This document shows, piece by piece, positions 13,836 to 26,450 of a DNA stretch of 64,000 nucleotides. The notes beneath the pieces are model-generated. The model was not told the origin of the DNA, searched no databases, and saw only the letters and a list, made by a program, of their open reading frames with translations. The position numbers and the translations under genes were made by a program. Each line of letters opens with the position of its first letter. Within the stretch, counting starts at the first letter, position 1. Origin of the DNA: Malacoraja senta (Eukaryota); assembly GCA_038087875.1 (NCBI GenBank), contig JAXLNO010000655.1, positions 496,001 through 560,000 on the forward strand, read 5' to 3'.

Positions 13836-14424
13836 GCTCAACACTTACCTGCCACCCTTTTCATTTCTAGCCTTTGTCACTTACTCCAGCCTTCCCCTCC
13901 CCTCACTCACCTGCCAGGCTTTGTCCTCCCCACCTCTTTCCCAGCTTTCTCACCCCCCCCCCCCCCCCCACAACAAATCATTCCCTGCCCGGAACATCAT
14001 CTGTCCATTCCCTCCACAGATGCGTCCTGAACCGTTGAGTTACTCCAGCACTCTGCATATTGCCTCAAAGATTCCAACATTTGTAAATCCCTTGTGTCAG
14101 CAAAGTATTTACAATTGCTTTCGGTTTGTTCGCTTGTCCTTCAGTTTCAATAGTGCTTTATTATTGCCGCGTGTATAACGATACAGTGCAAAACATTGTT
14201 TGTGTGCTATTCATTCACATCTACACCATGAATGAGTGCAGTCCACCCATGCACAGGTACAACAGTAGAACCTAGAGAAACATACCAGAGTGCAGAACAT
14301 AGTGTTGTAACATAATAACATTACACTTACAGAGGAGTGCGGATAAAAAAGACCACCAACTCAATTGGTAGTGATTGAGCTGAGTGTGGTTTACCTTCTC
14401 GCAGTTTGGTGACACAAGGAATTA

Positions 14425-14729
14425 AGGGCCTGTCCCACTACACGAGTTTACCCAAGAGCTCTCCCGAGTTTAAAAAAAAATCAAACTCGTGTAAGTACGT
14501 AGAATGTACGTAGCGGGTACGTCGGAGCTCGGGACGTCTCTTAGCGGCTCGTAACGCTAACGGCAGGTACTCGGGAAATGCGGTAAGCTCATGAAGTTGT
14601 TTCAACAGTGTGAAAAATGTCCACGAGAGCCCCGAGTACCTACGAGCGGCCATTACCGTAATTCTCCGAGTTCGAATCAGGGGAAACTCGGGAGAACTCT
14701 TGAATTACTTCGTACAGTGGGACAGCCCT
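14425..14729. mobile_element. PIF/Harbinger-type MITE
   Basis: TIR agggcctgtcccact / agtgggacagccct; TTA TSD on both sides. Confidence 0.85.
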
Positions 14730-15155
14730 TTACAGAGATAGATAGATTCTTGCTTAGTGCGGGTGTCAGGGGTTATTGGGGGGAAGGCAGGAGAATGGGG
14801 TTAAGAGGGGAAGATAGATCAGCCATGATTGAATGGTGGGTAGACTGAAGATAGGCCCAAAATGCTGGAGTAACTCAGTGGCTCAGGCAGCATCCATGAA
14901 GGGAGTGTATAGGTAATGGTTTTGTGTTGGGGACCTTCTTCAGACTGATTGTAGCAGGGAGAGAGATAGCTGGAAAAGATGCGGGGGCAGGATAAAGCCT
15001 GGCAGATGAGGAGGTGGGAGAGGGGATTGATTAGCAGATGGGTGGAGTAAATGAGAATAGCTGGAAATGTAAAGGAGGCAAAAGCGTGCGGTGAAGTGAA
15101 GTGAATGTAAAGCCAGAGAAACATTCTAAATAGGGTGTTCAAAATTCATGGGTTC

Positions 15156-15574
15156 AGATTCCTCCTAATAGATAAATTTGACCAATTCATAACGAGTTGG
15201 TCTCCATTTGTCGTCTTTTTGGAATCATATGGTGCAACACAAGTGTAAAAGCTAATCCGTGACTGGGTGAGGGATGGTCAAGATTATAAATACGATCTCC
15301 TTACTTCTTTTTTCTTTTTCTTTCCTTTTCTTCTTTTATTTTCTTTTTCCTATTTTCTATTCCTTAACTTTCTTCTTTCACTCTCTATTTTTCATTTTCA
15401 CACACTATATATCTCACATTTTTCTATTTTTCATTATCTAACTTCTTTTATCTTTTTCTCCTTTATTATAAAAAGTAAAAAAATAAGAAGCTGTACATAA
15501 AATGCATTATGAAAATATGATTGTATACAATTGTACTTACTTCTAATAAAATAAAATTAAAAAAAAAAAAAAAA
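15156..15574 (+). mobile_element. L1-clade LINE 3' end with poly(A)
   Basis: Near-identical to the 3' end of the L1 at 28088-28480; AATAAA plus poly(A); 15-bp TSD aaaattcatg(g/a)gttc at 15141-15155 and 15575-15589. Confidence 0.9.
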
Positions 15575-16062
15575 AAAATTCATGAGTTCTAGGAGCAGAA
15601 TTAGACCATTTGGCCCATCAGGTTTACTCTGCCATTCAATCATGGCTGACCTATCTTTCTCTCTCAACCCCATTCTCCTGTCTTCTCCCCATAACCGCTG
15701 AGTGGATAGACGGTGTTTTCATGATTTAGTTTAGAGATAGAGTGTGGAAACAGGCCCTTCGGCCCACCGAGTCTGCACTGCCCAGTGACCATCCCGTACA
15801 CTAGCAGTATCCTACACGCTAGGGACATTTTTACAGAAGCCAATTAGTCTACAAACCTAAACGTCTTTCGAGTGTGGGAGGAAAATGGTGCTCGCGGAGA
15901 AAACCCATGCAGGTCACGGGGAGAATTTACAAACGCTGTACAGACAGCACCCGTGGTCAGGATCGAACCCGGGTGTCTGTCGCTGTAGATAATGGGGAAA
16001 GAGTCCAGAGGTGTTGGGATTTGGATGGAGAACAAGAAGCAGCCAGTGCTGGAGGAAAGTAA

Positions 16063-16536
16063 AGCCCCCATCCCACTTTCCCGAGTTACTCACGAATTCT
16101 CCCGAGCTTTCCCCTTGATTCAAACTTGGAGCATGTCCGTAACAAGTCCGTAGGAGGCCGTAGATATATCGCAGCGGCTCGTTATGCCAGCCGTAGGTAC
16201 TCGGGGCATCAGGTAAGTCGGGAAAGTGGGACGGGGGCTTTACTTCCTCCAGCACTGGCTGCTTCTTGTTCTCCATCCAAATCCCAACACCTCTGGACTC
16301 TTTCCCCATTATCTTCCACGGTAGCACGGTGGAAGATAATTTTCATCGGCCTGATGAAAAATGTCCACGAGTAAAATAATAGCCCCGAGTACCTATGGCT
16401 GGCATAACGAGCCGCTACGATATATCCACGGACTCCTACGGCCTCCTACGGACTCGTTACGGACATTCCCCGAGTTTGAATCAAGGGGAAAACTTGGGAG
16501 AATTCGTGAGTAACTAGGGAAAGTGGGACAGGCCCT
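16063..16536. mobile_element. PIF/Harbinger-type MITE with internal inverted duplication
   Basis: TAA TSD; TIR-like ends; 16213-16314 is the reverse complement of 15987-16089. Confidence 0.75.
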
Positions 16537-17052
16537 TAAGGGGCATTTTTTTGAAGAGGATAATCGTGGGAGATCTGAGGGTGGCACACAGCCAGGTTGT
16601 ACGTAACGTCCACGCTACATAATTTTCATCCTTGGCACTTGCCAAGGCCGAGAATGCAAAGTTGAGCTTACAAAAACACTTCATTATCCTGCACAGTCCT
16701 TTAGGATCTTCTGAGCTCATGAAAGATTCCATAAAATGCTCGTTCTTCCTTCCTCAGCTGAGCAGAACCCGTTATTCCTTTGCAAAGCATCAAACAGATG
16801 GGCACCACAATTGTGTTTGAATCCCCTGCAGGCCGGGAGAGAATTAAATTTATTTCGAGCTGCAGGTGAAAACTCTTGCCGCGATATTAGCTTATTGACT
16901 TTTACTGAATAAAAGGTGGTCAATGGGGAACAGGGACCCATGAAAAATAAATTAGAAAAAATAACACAGAACTCATAACCTATCAATATCACGGCTTGGA
17001 AGTATGTCAACAGTCCTCCTTCAGTCAGTGCTGGATCTAATTCCAGGAAATG

Positions 17053-17390
17053 GGGCAGCACAGGTGGCGCGGCGGTAGAGTTGCTGCCTTACAGCGCCAG
17101 AGACCCAGGTTCAATCCTGACCACGGGTGCTGTCTGTACGGAGTTTGTACATTCTCCTCATGACCCGCGTGGGTTTTCTCCGAGTTCCTCGGTTTCCTCC
17201 CACACTCCAAAGATGTTCAGGTTTGTAGGTTAATTGACTTGGTATAAATGTGGTTTTTTTTTTCATTGTCCTAGTGTGTGTTGGGCAGTGTTCACGTTAA
17301 CGTGCGGGGATCGCTGGTTGGTGCGGACTCGGTGGGCCAAAGGGCCCTTTTCCCGCGCAGTATCTCTTAACGAAACTAAATTAAACTAAA
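17053..17390 (+). mobile_element. tRNA-derived SINE (HE1/V-SINE-like)
   Basis: Full-length copy. Confidence 0.85.
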
Positions 17391-17483
17391 CTCTCTCTTC
17401 AACAGTAGCGGGGGAATCTTCTTCACCAGAACGGCAGCAACATTTCAAGAAGCAATTCACTGTCACCTTGTCAAAGACAGTTA

Positions 17484-17982
17484 AGGGCCTGTCCCATGGG
17501 CAAGCGATTCCAGGCGGCAAGCGCGGCTTCCCTGGAAGTGGGGGCCGCGCGGGTGCTACCGTGCGGCCTGTCCCACGAGCATGCGGCAAGCGCAACCTAA
17601 ACGGAAGCGGTTGCCGCGCGGAGGCCGAGTGATTACCGTACGGCCTGTCCCACGAGCATGCAAATGCATGTGGCGAGCACGGCGTCGGGTGATGACATCA
17701 TCACGCAACGCAACGCGCTAGCCTACTCCGTCGAGAGGGTGGGCGGCGTCCAGGCGGTGCTTGCGGCGTCGAGGCGGCAGCGGGGCGGCAGGCCGTTGCC
17801 GCACGGGATTTTTGAACAGTGTCAGCTTTTCTGAGCCCCGCGCGGTGTCGGGACCAACTACATACGGCTCCGCCGATCTACGTGGGACCGACCCTGCGGC
17901 CCCAGCGCGGTCTCCGCGCGGCCTCCGCTTCCTGCTTGATCGCGCTTGCCGCCTGGAATCGCCTGCCCGTGGGACAGGCCCT
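17484..17982. mobile_element. PIF/Harbinger-type MITE, GC/CpG-rich
   Basis: About 42-bp TIR agggcctgtcccatgggcaagcgattccaggcggcaagcgcg; TTA TSD; internal repeats of ggcctgtcccacgagcatg. Confidence 0.88.
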
Positions 17983-19673
17983 TTATGGTTCGACAATGAA
18001 CACTGGCCTTGGCTACATCTCAGGAGCGAATAAAAGCCATTTTATGAGGTGTTGCTTTTGTGGTGTAACTAAACACAAATGTTTCAAATTCTATTTCTGT
18101 CATTAAAGCGTCATCATCTTGGAACATCATTAAATATTCATGCCTGCTTTGTTCACACCATAATGAATATATAAATATTTATTCAAATTCGGAAACTTGG
18201 TTGGACCTTTTATGTCGAGAGTGATTCTTCTGAAATCGCTTCAAATTTATTCTGCTAATTCCTTACCTGCGGAGCTGAAGATAATAAATGTGTATTCTCC
18301 TTTCTGTCGATTGACTGAAAGTGTGGAAATGGACCCTTCGACCCACCAAGTCCATGCCGACCATCGATCACCCGATCACACTAGTTCTATGTTATTCCGC
18401 TTTCTCAACCACTCCCGACACACCAGGGGCTAATTAACTTATATTCCTGCATGTCTTTGGGATGTGAAAGGAAATTGAAGGGCGTTCCTTCAGGAAGGAG
18501 AAGAGGAGGAATTTCTTTCGTCAGAGGGTGGTGAATCTGGGGCATTCATTGCCACAGAAGGCTGTGGAGGCAGGTCAATGGGTATTTATGTGTAGGGAGG
18601 AACTGCAGATGCTGGTTTACACTGAAGAGAGACACCAAAAGCTGGAGTAACTCAGTGGGACAGGCAGCATCTCTGGAGGAAAGTAATGGGTGATGTTTCT
18701 GGTCGAGACCCTTCTTCAGACTCCAGTCATGGCGACCATCGATCACCTGATCACACTAGTTCTATGCTATTCCTCTTTCCCATCCACTCCCTACACACCA
18801 GGGGGCTAATCAACAGCCTCAAGTCTCAAGAATGGTCTCGACCTGAAATGTCACCCATTTCTTCTCTCCAGAGATGCTGTCTGTCCCATTAAATTACTCC
18901 AGCTTTTTGTGTCTATCTTCAATGGATATTTAGATAGATAGACTCTTGATTAGTACGGGTGTCTACTCTGAGTCCACTCCACCATTCAATCATGGCTGAT
19001 TTATCGTTCCCTCTCAACCCCATTCTCCAGCCCTCTCCCCATACACCCTGACATCTGTGGCAATCAGATGATTAGTTAGAGGGATATGGGTCAAATGCAG
19101 ACCCAGGTTGGCATGGAATGGTGGGCATGGGCAAGGTGGGCCAAAGGGCCTGTTTCCATGCTGCACTATTCTATGACTGCAATTCTCACAGACGATTGAA
19201 ATCAATATGCCTTCCAATGAAAGCACCCTCCACTTTCCATGAGCTAATGTGCGCCCATGTGGAAAATCCACTCAGTGCATCAATACGGCTCAGCAAAGAC
19301 ATGTATTTTTACTCAGATGCAGTGAAATTGTTGCATCTTTAAACACTGCATAATTCAAAGTCACTTTTGCTAAGTGGGGCAGTGGACATAACTGAAAATT
19401 GGTGAACAGATGGGAAGTCAGAATCAAATCTATTTGGGCTCTGGATCAGTTCTTTAGGAAGAGGGGCATGTGGGAGAGAGGCACATATCCCAGTATTTTA
19501 TATCCCAGTATCTTCTCTCACTTACACACTAATACTTTGGAGGTTAGTGGGTGATCTAAACCAACAGATATACTTTATCCGTGAACACTATCATAAAGTG
19601 GTTTTCTCGACAGGGACAGACAGACTTGCAGGCGAGCTCTCGCTAATCAAGGTAACAGCAACAGAGAGAGAAA

Positions 19674-19907
19674 AGGGCCTGTCCCACTTGGGCGTCATTT
19701 GCACGTCACGGAGGTGGCGCGCGAAGATTTTGTGAATCCCAAAATCCTGGGGCGCCGCGCGGGACCGCATGTCACTGCCTACGCCACCACGACTCACCAC
19801 GCGCCATGCGCGCATTACGTTCGTGTCACGACGCGCGTCTTGTGTCGTGACGCGTAAATGATGTCGCGTAAATGACGCACAAACGACGCCCAAGTGGGAC
19901 AGGCCCT
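19674..19907. mobile_element. PIF/Harbinger-type MITE
   Basis: TIR agggcctgtcccacttgggcgtc; 3-bp duplication AAA. Confidence 0.85.
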
Positions 19908-20212
19908 AAAGAGTATCATATCTCGAAAAAGTCCCAGTCTCTCCTTATAATTCAAGTCCTTCACTACCGGTAACATCCTTGTGAATCATTTCGTTTAGTC
20001 TAGTTTCGTTTAGAGATGCAGCGTGAAAACAGGCCCTTCGGCCCACCAGATCCGCACCGACCAGTGATCCCTGCAAGTTAACACTATCCCCCACACACAC
20101 AAATTTAAAATTTTTACATTTTACATTTTTATACCAAGCCAATTAACCTACAAACCCGTACATCTTTGGAGCATGGGAGGAAACTGAAGATCTCGGAGAA
20201 AACCCACGCAGG

Positions 20213-20627
20213 GAGTTTGAAACATATAAGATAGTTAAGGGCTTGGACACACTAGAGGCAGGAAACATGTTCCCGATGTTGGGGGGAGTCCAGAACCGGG
20301 GGCCACAGTTTAAGAATAAGTAGTAAGCCATTTAGAACGGAGACGAGGAAACACTTTTTCTCAGAGAGAGTGGTGAGTCTGTGGAATTCTCTGCCTCAGA
20401 GGGCGGTGGAGGCAGGTTCTCTGGATGCTTTCAAGAGAGAGCTAGATAGGGCTCTTAAAAAGAGTGGAGTCAGGGGATATGGGGAGAAGGCAGGAACGGG
20501 GTACTGATTGGGGATGATCAGCGATGATCACATTGAATGGCGGTGCTGGCTCGAAGGGCCAAATGGCCTACTCCTGCACCTATTGTCTATTGTCTATTGT
20601 CTATTGTCTATTGTCTATTGTCTATTG
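20213..20627 (+). mobile_element. CR1 3' end with (CTATTGT)n tail nested in a minus-strand SINE (about 19990-20712)
   Basis: CR1 ORF2 end (FETYKIVKGLD..RVVSLWNSLP); SINE sequence resumes on both sides. Confidence 0.85.
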
Positions 20628-21554
20628 AGAACGTGTATAGACAAGCACCCGTGGTCAGCATCGAACCCGGGTCTCTGGCCCTGTTAGGCAGTAGCTCTAC
20701 CGTGGCGCCACTGAACACATTTTCCAGCTTAATCACATTCTTCCTGCAGCTGGATAACTGGAAATGTGCACAATACTCCGGGTGTTGTCCCTACGACGTC
20801 TTGCGGAGTTTTAAAAGCCTCCTCTTGCCATTGACCCTGTGATACTGATAAACCATAGAACATACATAGAACACGGAACAGTACATCATAGGCACTGGCC
20901 CTTCGGCCCACAATGTCCGTGCCGAAGATGATGCCAAGATAAACTCATCTCCCCTGCCTGCGTGTGCTCCATATCCCTCCATTCCCAGTGATTCCGTATC
21001 CCTGCCTACAACCCCATATCACATCTGCTTCCACCCCCACTACCCCGCAGCACATTCCAGGCATCAGTCACTCTCTGTGCAACAAGACGAGCCCTGCACA
21101 TCTCATTTTAACCCTGCCCTCGCACTTTATACAAGGGATGGCAAATGGCAACCAGTAGTAGATCTCACAGATTTCTTATTACACATTTTGTCCTCCTGTC
21201 TATTTTCCTCCCTCCAATATAGAGGCAATTTCTACAGATTCCAGGAAACACCTCCATTTCTTAGTGATGAATTGACCGATCTACCAAGCGACCAGTTTTG
21301 TTGGATTTATGATAGAAGTTTATAAAATTATGAGAGGAATAGACGGGCAGAAGTCAGTGCCTTTTTCCCCAGGGTGGAATTGTCAAAGACTAGAGGGTAT
21401 AGCTTTAAGTTCAGCGGGGGAAAGCTTGAAGAAGATGCGCGGGGCATGTATTTTAACACAGTGAATGATGGGTGCATGGAACGTATTGCCAGGGGTGGTG
21501 GTGGAGACAGAAACGGGGGGTGGGGGAGGGGATAGGGGCTTTTAAATTGGCTTA

Positions 21555-21870
21555 AGACTTCAGAGATACAGCGTTGAAACGGGCCCATTGGCCCACTGAA
21601 TCTGTGCTGACCAGCAATCAACCCGTACGCCAACACTAATTCTACACACTAGGGACAATTTACAATTTTGCCAAAACCAATTAGCCGACAAACCTGCTCG
21701 TCTTTGGAGTGTGGGAAGGAAACCGGAGCGCCTGGAGAAAACCCACACGGTCACAGGGAGAACGTACAAACTCTGTACAGGCTCCAAGTCAGGATCGGAC
21801 TGAGTCAGGATCGAACTCGGGTCTCTGCGCTGTAAGGCAGCACTCGACCGCTGCGCCACTATGCTGCCCC
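21555..21870 (-). mobile_element. tRNA-derived SINE (HE1/V-SINE-like)
   Basis: Same family consensus. Confidence 0.8.
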
Positions 21871-22796
21871 CGAAGTGTTTTGAGTTAAGCTCACGGATGT
21901 GCAGGGAATGGAGGGATATGGATCACGTGCAGGCAGAGGAGATCAGTTTAAACTCGGCATCATGTTCGGCACAAACATTGTGGGCAGAAGGGCCTGTTCC
22001 TGTGCTGTACTGCTCAATGTTCTGCAGTCGATACATTCACAATCCATTCCTCCCCCTACCTCACATTTAATTCACGGCTCAAACAATGTTGATATTGGGA
22101 TGCTGCACATTAGAAAAAGCACATCGTTATCACACGTTAATGTTAAGATGAAGTATTTTGCTAATCCAATTTACTGAGTGTATGAAGAAACATTTACAAT
22201 GCAGCACGAGGTCCCTTTCTTTGCCTGAGTAAATGCAAAATGTTAATTAGATTACTGGGTTCAAATCAGACACTCATTTTAGTTATCAGTCAGACTCACG
22301 GTAGCTTTGCTGTCATTTTTAATGGAAGTAGGTTATTAACAAAATATTAAATATCAGTACAAGCTCTGGATAATAAGGCATCTTTGTGATTTAATATTTG
22401 ACAAGCAATTCAAACATGGGATCTTTACTCTCAGCGGATGTTGTTCTAATAGATAAAGGTGACATTATTTAGAATGTCTCTTGTCCCCTCCACAGTTGTC
22501 CTTGTTAAGCTATGCAAGGTGGTTTCTAGGGATTGTCATTTTGGACGCATAGACCTCCTGAAAAGGTTCTGTAATTTTGCTATCTGTCATCTCTTAGTCA
22601 AAGCATCGCCTTGAAACATTCGGAGGAAGTGTTCAATGATCTTGCAGTGGACGAGGCCATTTATGAGTACAAGCCAAAATGATGGGACTGAACGTGTAGG
22701 AGGGGACTACAGATGCTGGTTTACACCGAAATTAGACACAACATTCTGGAGTAACTCAGCGGGACAGCCAGCATCTATGGATAGAAGGAATGAGCT

Positions 22797-22832
22797 CAGT
22801 CTGAAGAAGGGTCCCGACCGGAAACGTCACCC
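22797..22832 (+). ncRNA. Putative minimal type I hammerhead ribozyme motif (Penelope-type)
   Basis: CTGAAGA, stem II ggtc-cc-gacc region, then GAAACGTCA. Confidence 0.55.
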
Positions 22833-23444
22833 ATTCCTTCTGCCCAGAGATGCTGCCTGTCCCGCTGAGTTACTCCACCAACAGGGGCACAGATTTTGGA
22901 TGATCAGCCATGATCATATTGATTGGCGGTGCTGGTTCGAAGGGCCTACTGCACCTATTTTCTACGTTTCTATGTCTTTCTTTGATGGGACTGAACACTA
23001 TATACATTATAATTACATTTTCCACATGGTCTTCTACACCTTGGTCATAGAGTGAAACAGCATGGGAGCTGGCCCTTCAGCCCATCTAGTCCATGTTGAT
23101 TATCAACCATCCATTTATTCTAATCTTTATCTTAATCCCATTTTTTTCTTCCTCCCACTTTTACACCCACACGCTCCTGACTTTGCCATTCACCTCTGCA
23201 CTGGGGGCAATGTACCATGGCCAATGAAACCCGCTAACCTGCACGTCTTTGGGATGTGGGAGAGAACCGGAGCACCCGGAAGAAACCCGATGGTCACAGG
23301 GAAAACATGCAAACTCCATGCAGACAGCACCTGAAGTCAGGATCGAACCCGAGTCTCCGGTGCGGTGTGGCAGCAGCACTACCAGCTGCACCATGCCTGA
23401 TGCACGTAAACTAGACACAGGGTAGCTTGGTTAATTTAGAATAG

Positions 23445-24300
23445 TATTTAGAATGCCATTTATTGTCATTTAACACCAAGGTTCAACGAAATTTCGTTCC
23501 TGCAGTCATAACAGCAAAAAAAAAAACCAACCACACAATGAACACAATTCCACACAAACATCCATCACAGTGAATCTCCAAACACCTCCTCACTGTGATG
23601 GAAGGCAAAAGTCTTATCTCTTCCCTGTTCTCTGTTCTTTATTCTTCTCCCGCAGTCAAGCAGTCAAACTGCTGCATCGAGCTGATCGAGGCTCTTGATG
23701 TTGGAGCCCCCATTCAGGCCGCGCCGGGCGATGCAAGGCCACGCTCCGGGTCTTGATGTTGGAGCCCCCGGTAGCGCCAGCAAGTCCAGCGGCCATTTAA
23801 AGCCGCGCCGGGCGATGTAAGGCCCAGCTCCAGGCCATCCTCAACCCCGCAACTCGGGCGGGAGAAGTTGCCTTTGCGGGAGCCCCGAAAAGCGGTCTCC
23901 CACCAGGGACCCGCGAGCTCCCGATGTTACCGTCCACCGGGCCGACGGCTGGAGCTTCCGAATCTCCGGGGTCGGGTAGCAGCCGCGCGCCACCACAGCT
24001 CTCCACGCTCCGAACTCGGTCAGCTCCGTGATGGTGAGTAGTCCGCAGGCTCCGCGACTGGAGCCCCAGGTCGCTCCGGTTGGAGGCCGCTCCACGGTGC
24101 TAGGCCTCAACGACAACGGAGACCCGACAGGGAAAAGGTCGGGTCTCCCGTGCAGGGAAGATTTAAAAGTTTCCCCCACCCCCCCCCCCACACATACACA
24201 GCTAAAAAAAACACTATACACTACACTCAAACGAGACAAAAAAAATTTAAAAAGACAGACGGACTGTAGAGGCCGCTGCAACGTGAGTCGCGCCGCCTAC
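23445..24300 (-). mobile_element. Non-coding LINE-derived element (LINE-like 3' tail plus GC-rich 5'-UTR-like body)
   Basis: tttattgtcatt..caacgaaatt tail; CpG-rich body with internal direct repeats ttggagcccc..gccgcgccgggcgatg; no recognisable ORF. Confidence 0.45.
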
Positions 24301-25160
24301 CTAAGAAGAGGTTTTCCATTCTTCGCAAGGAGATAGTTGAGCCATTTAGTGGGGCATTTGAGAGAATGAGCCCATCAGTAGCGGCAATCCTTGACACTGA
24401 AGAAGGTGGGTGCAGCTATGGAGAAGACCCTCCAATGGCCAGAAGGCTAAAGACCATGAGAGGGGATATAATAGAAACATAGAAAATAGGTGTGGAAGTA
24501 GGCCATTTGGCCCTTCGAGCCAGCACCGCCATTCAACATGATCATGGCTGATCATCCAAAATCAGTACCCCGTTCCTACTTTCTCCCCACATCCCTCGAT
24601 CCCGTTAGCCATAAGAGCTAGTATATCTAATTCTCTCTTGAAAACATCCAGTGAATTGGCCTCCACTGCCTTCGGTGGCAGAGAATTCCACAGAAGGGTC
24701 TCGACCCAAAATGTTACCCATCCATCCCTTCCACGGATGCCGCGTGACCCACTGAGTTACTCCAGCACTTTGAATTTTACTCATGATTCCAGCATCTGCA
24801 ATTCCTTGTATCTCCTGGGAAGAGATAGGCAGACACAAACTGCTGGAGTAACTGAGTAACTCAGTACCTTCCGGAGATGTTGAGATATAACCCACTGAGT
24901 TACTCATATGTTCATAAGTGATGAGTAGAATAGTAAGATTAAACGAGAACTTACCTAAGTTTGAAGTTTGATCTTTATTTTATGAGGAGTTACGTAGGTG
25001 ATTACGTGAAGAACCCTGCCAGTGCGCCTGCACGTCAATCTTCAAAGGAGCGGTGTGAAATCACAAAAAACAACAACCGAAGTAATATAGTCTCATAATA
25101 AAATGAGTAATACAAGAACTTCCATCTGACCTTTATGATAGAGGGTAGGGTCGTGGTGGG

Positions 25161-25273
25161 CACGTAATCACCTACGTAACTCCTCATAAAATAAAGATCA
25201 AACGTCAAACTTAGGTAAGTTCTCGTTTAATCTTACTATTTTACTTCGGAGTCACGTGAGTGACCACGTGAAG
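25161..25273 (-). repeat. DIRS internal complementary region (ICR)
   Basis: 25161-25240 is the reverse complement of 24929-25008; 25238-25273 is the reverse complement of 34608-34643. Confidence 0.92.
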
Positions 25274-25449
25274 ATTTTAAAGCTTTGTGATTTCATGCCG
25301 TAGATCAATCCCGGCTTCTCACTGCAGTGATTGACTCGGAACGAGAATAATCAATAATGCATTCATAATAACATTTGTACCACAAATGCAGTAATTCATT
25401 TCAATAATGAAATTAATCAGATCCCCTTTAAACCAGAGGAATTTACACA

Positions 25450-26450
25450 GAACTTAAAATAGTTTCTGCAAACAATCCCGCATTAACAATAGGTCGATGG
25501 TAAAAATGTTGAAACATCAACTCATTGGATCACCCGGCGGCGGCGAGGATATGGTCGACGGGGACGTCTTTTGCCCTGGCCGCCGACGTTTCTGCTGCCC
25601 TAGTCGAGTGAGACGTAAAAACATAAGTGTTAATACCAGCAGCTGTTAAGACTTCTTTTATCCATCTGGAAATAGTCTGTATTGAGACTCTCTTGTGTGG
25701 TTTCTTGTGTGTGATCAAAAACCCAGTTTCTGTATTTCTCAAATTCTTTGTGACCTCAATGTATTGTCACAAATATGTCTTAACACAGAGACAAGGATCA
25801 TTTGGATATGCTGCTAGCATAATTTTAAATCCCGTCACACCTGGCCTAATTTGTTTTAGTAGGTCATAGATATAGAATGTAACCTTGTCTTCAGTTACTT
25901 CCATACTGTCTATTTGTAATTTTCCAAGTGTTTGCGCTCGTTGTGCTGTCACTCATGCCATAAGTATGAATACTTTCATACTGAGCTTGGCCAAAGGTAA
26001 AGAAACACTTGGTGACCATTCACGAAGTAGTTTCAGTACCACACTTACATCCCAGATTGTCATGTACCTAGGTTTCGGTGGTTTGGAATTAAAGATTATT
26101 TTCATTAGTCTGGAAACAATTGGGTGTGACCCAATTGGGTTTCTTTCTGAATCCAGAACCAAATATGAGAACAATTGAATTGAATGCTGTTTATTGTCAT
26201 TGAATTAATCTTCTTGCTGAATTAATTGCACTACAACTCAGACCTTCATCATAATAAAGTTTTGACAACAATTCTAAACATTTGAAATATCTGCAGTACT
26301 ATATTGCACATTCTTTTGTACACAGAACTCTTCCCATTTCTTAATATAAGAAATGTACTGTTTTTGAGTGCTCTTCCTCCAGGCTGCCGTAAGCATGTCC
26401 ACAGTACGCTCAGACAGTCCTCGCCCCAGAAAAGGTCTTCTTAAAACCGG
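25450..26450 (-). pseudogene. DIRS tyrosine recombinase (frameshifted, with stops)
   Basis: AWRKSTQKQY, PKPRYMTIWDVSVVL, TAQRAQTL, TISRWIK, FTSHSTRAA (H-x-x-R), ILAAAG. Confidence 0.9.

Noticed and set aside
13516..14178. 220-aa plus-strand ORF
   Set aside because: It is antisense to a CR1 fragment and continues into Penelope-derived sequence; no protein signature.
17484..17982. CpG-island promoter
   Set aside because: The GC-rich tract is exactly bounded by MITE TIRs and a TTA TSD.
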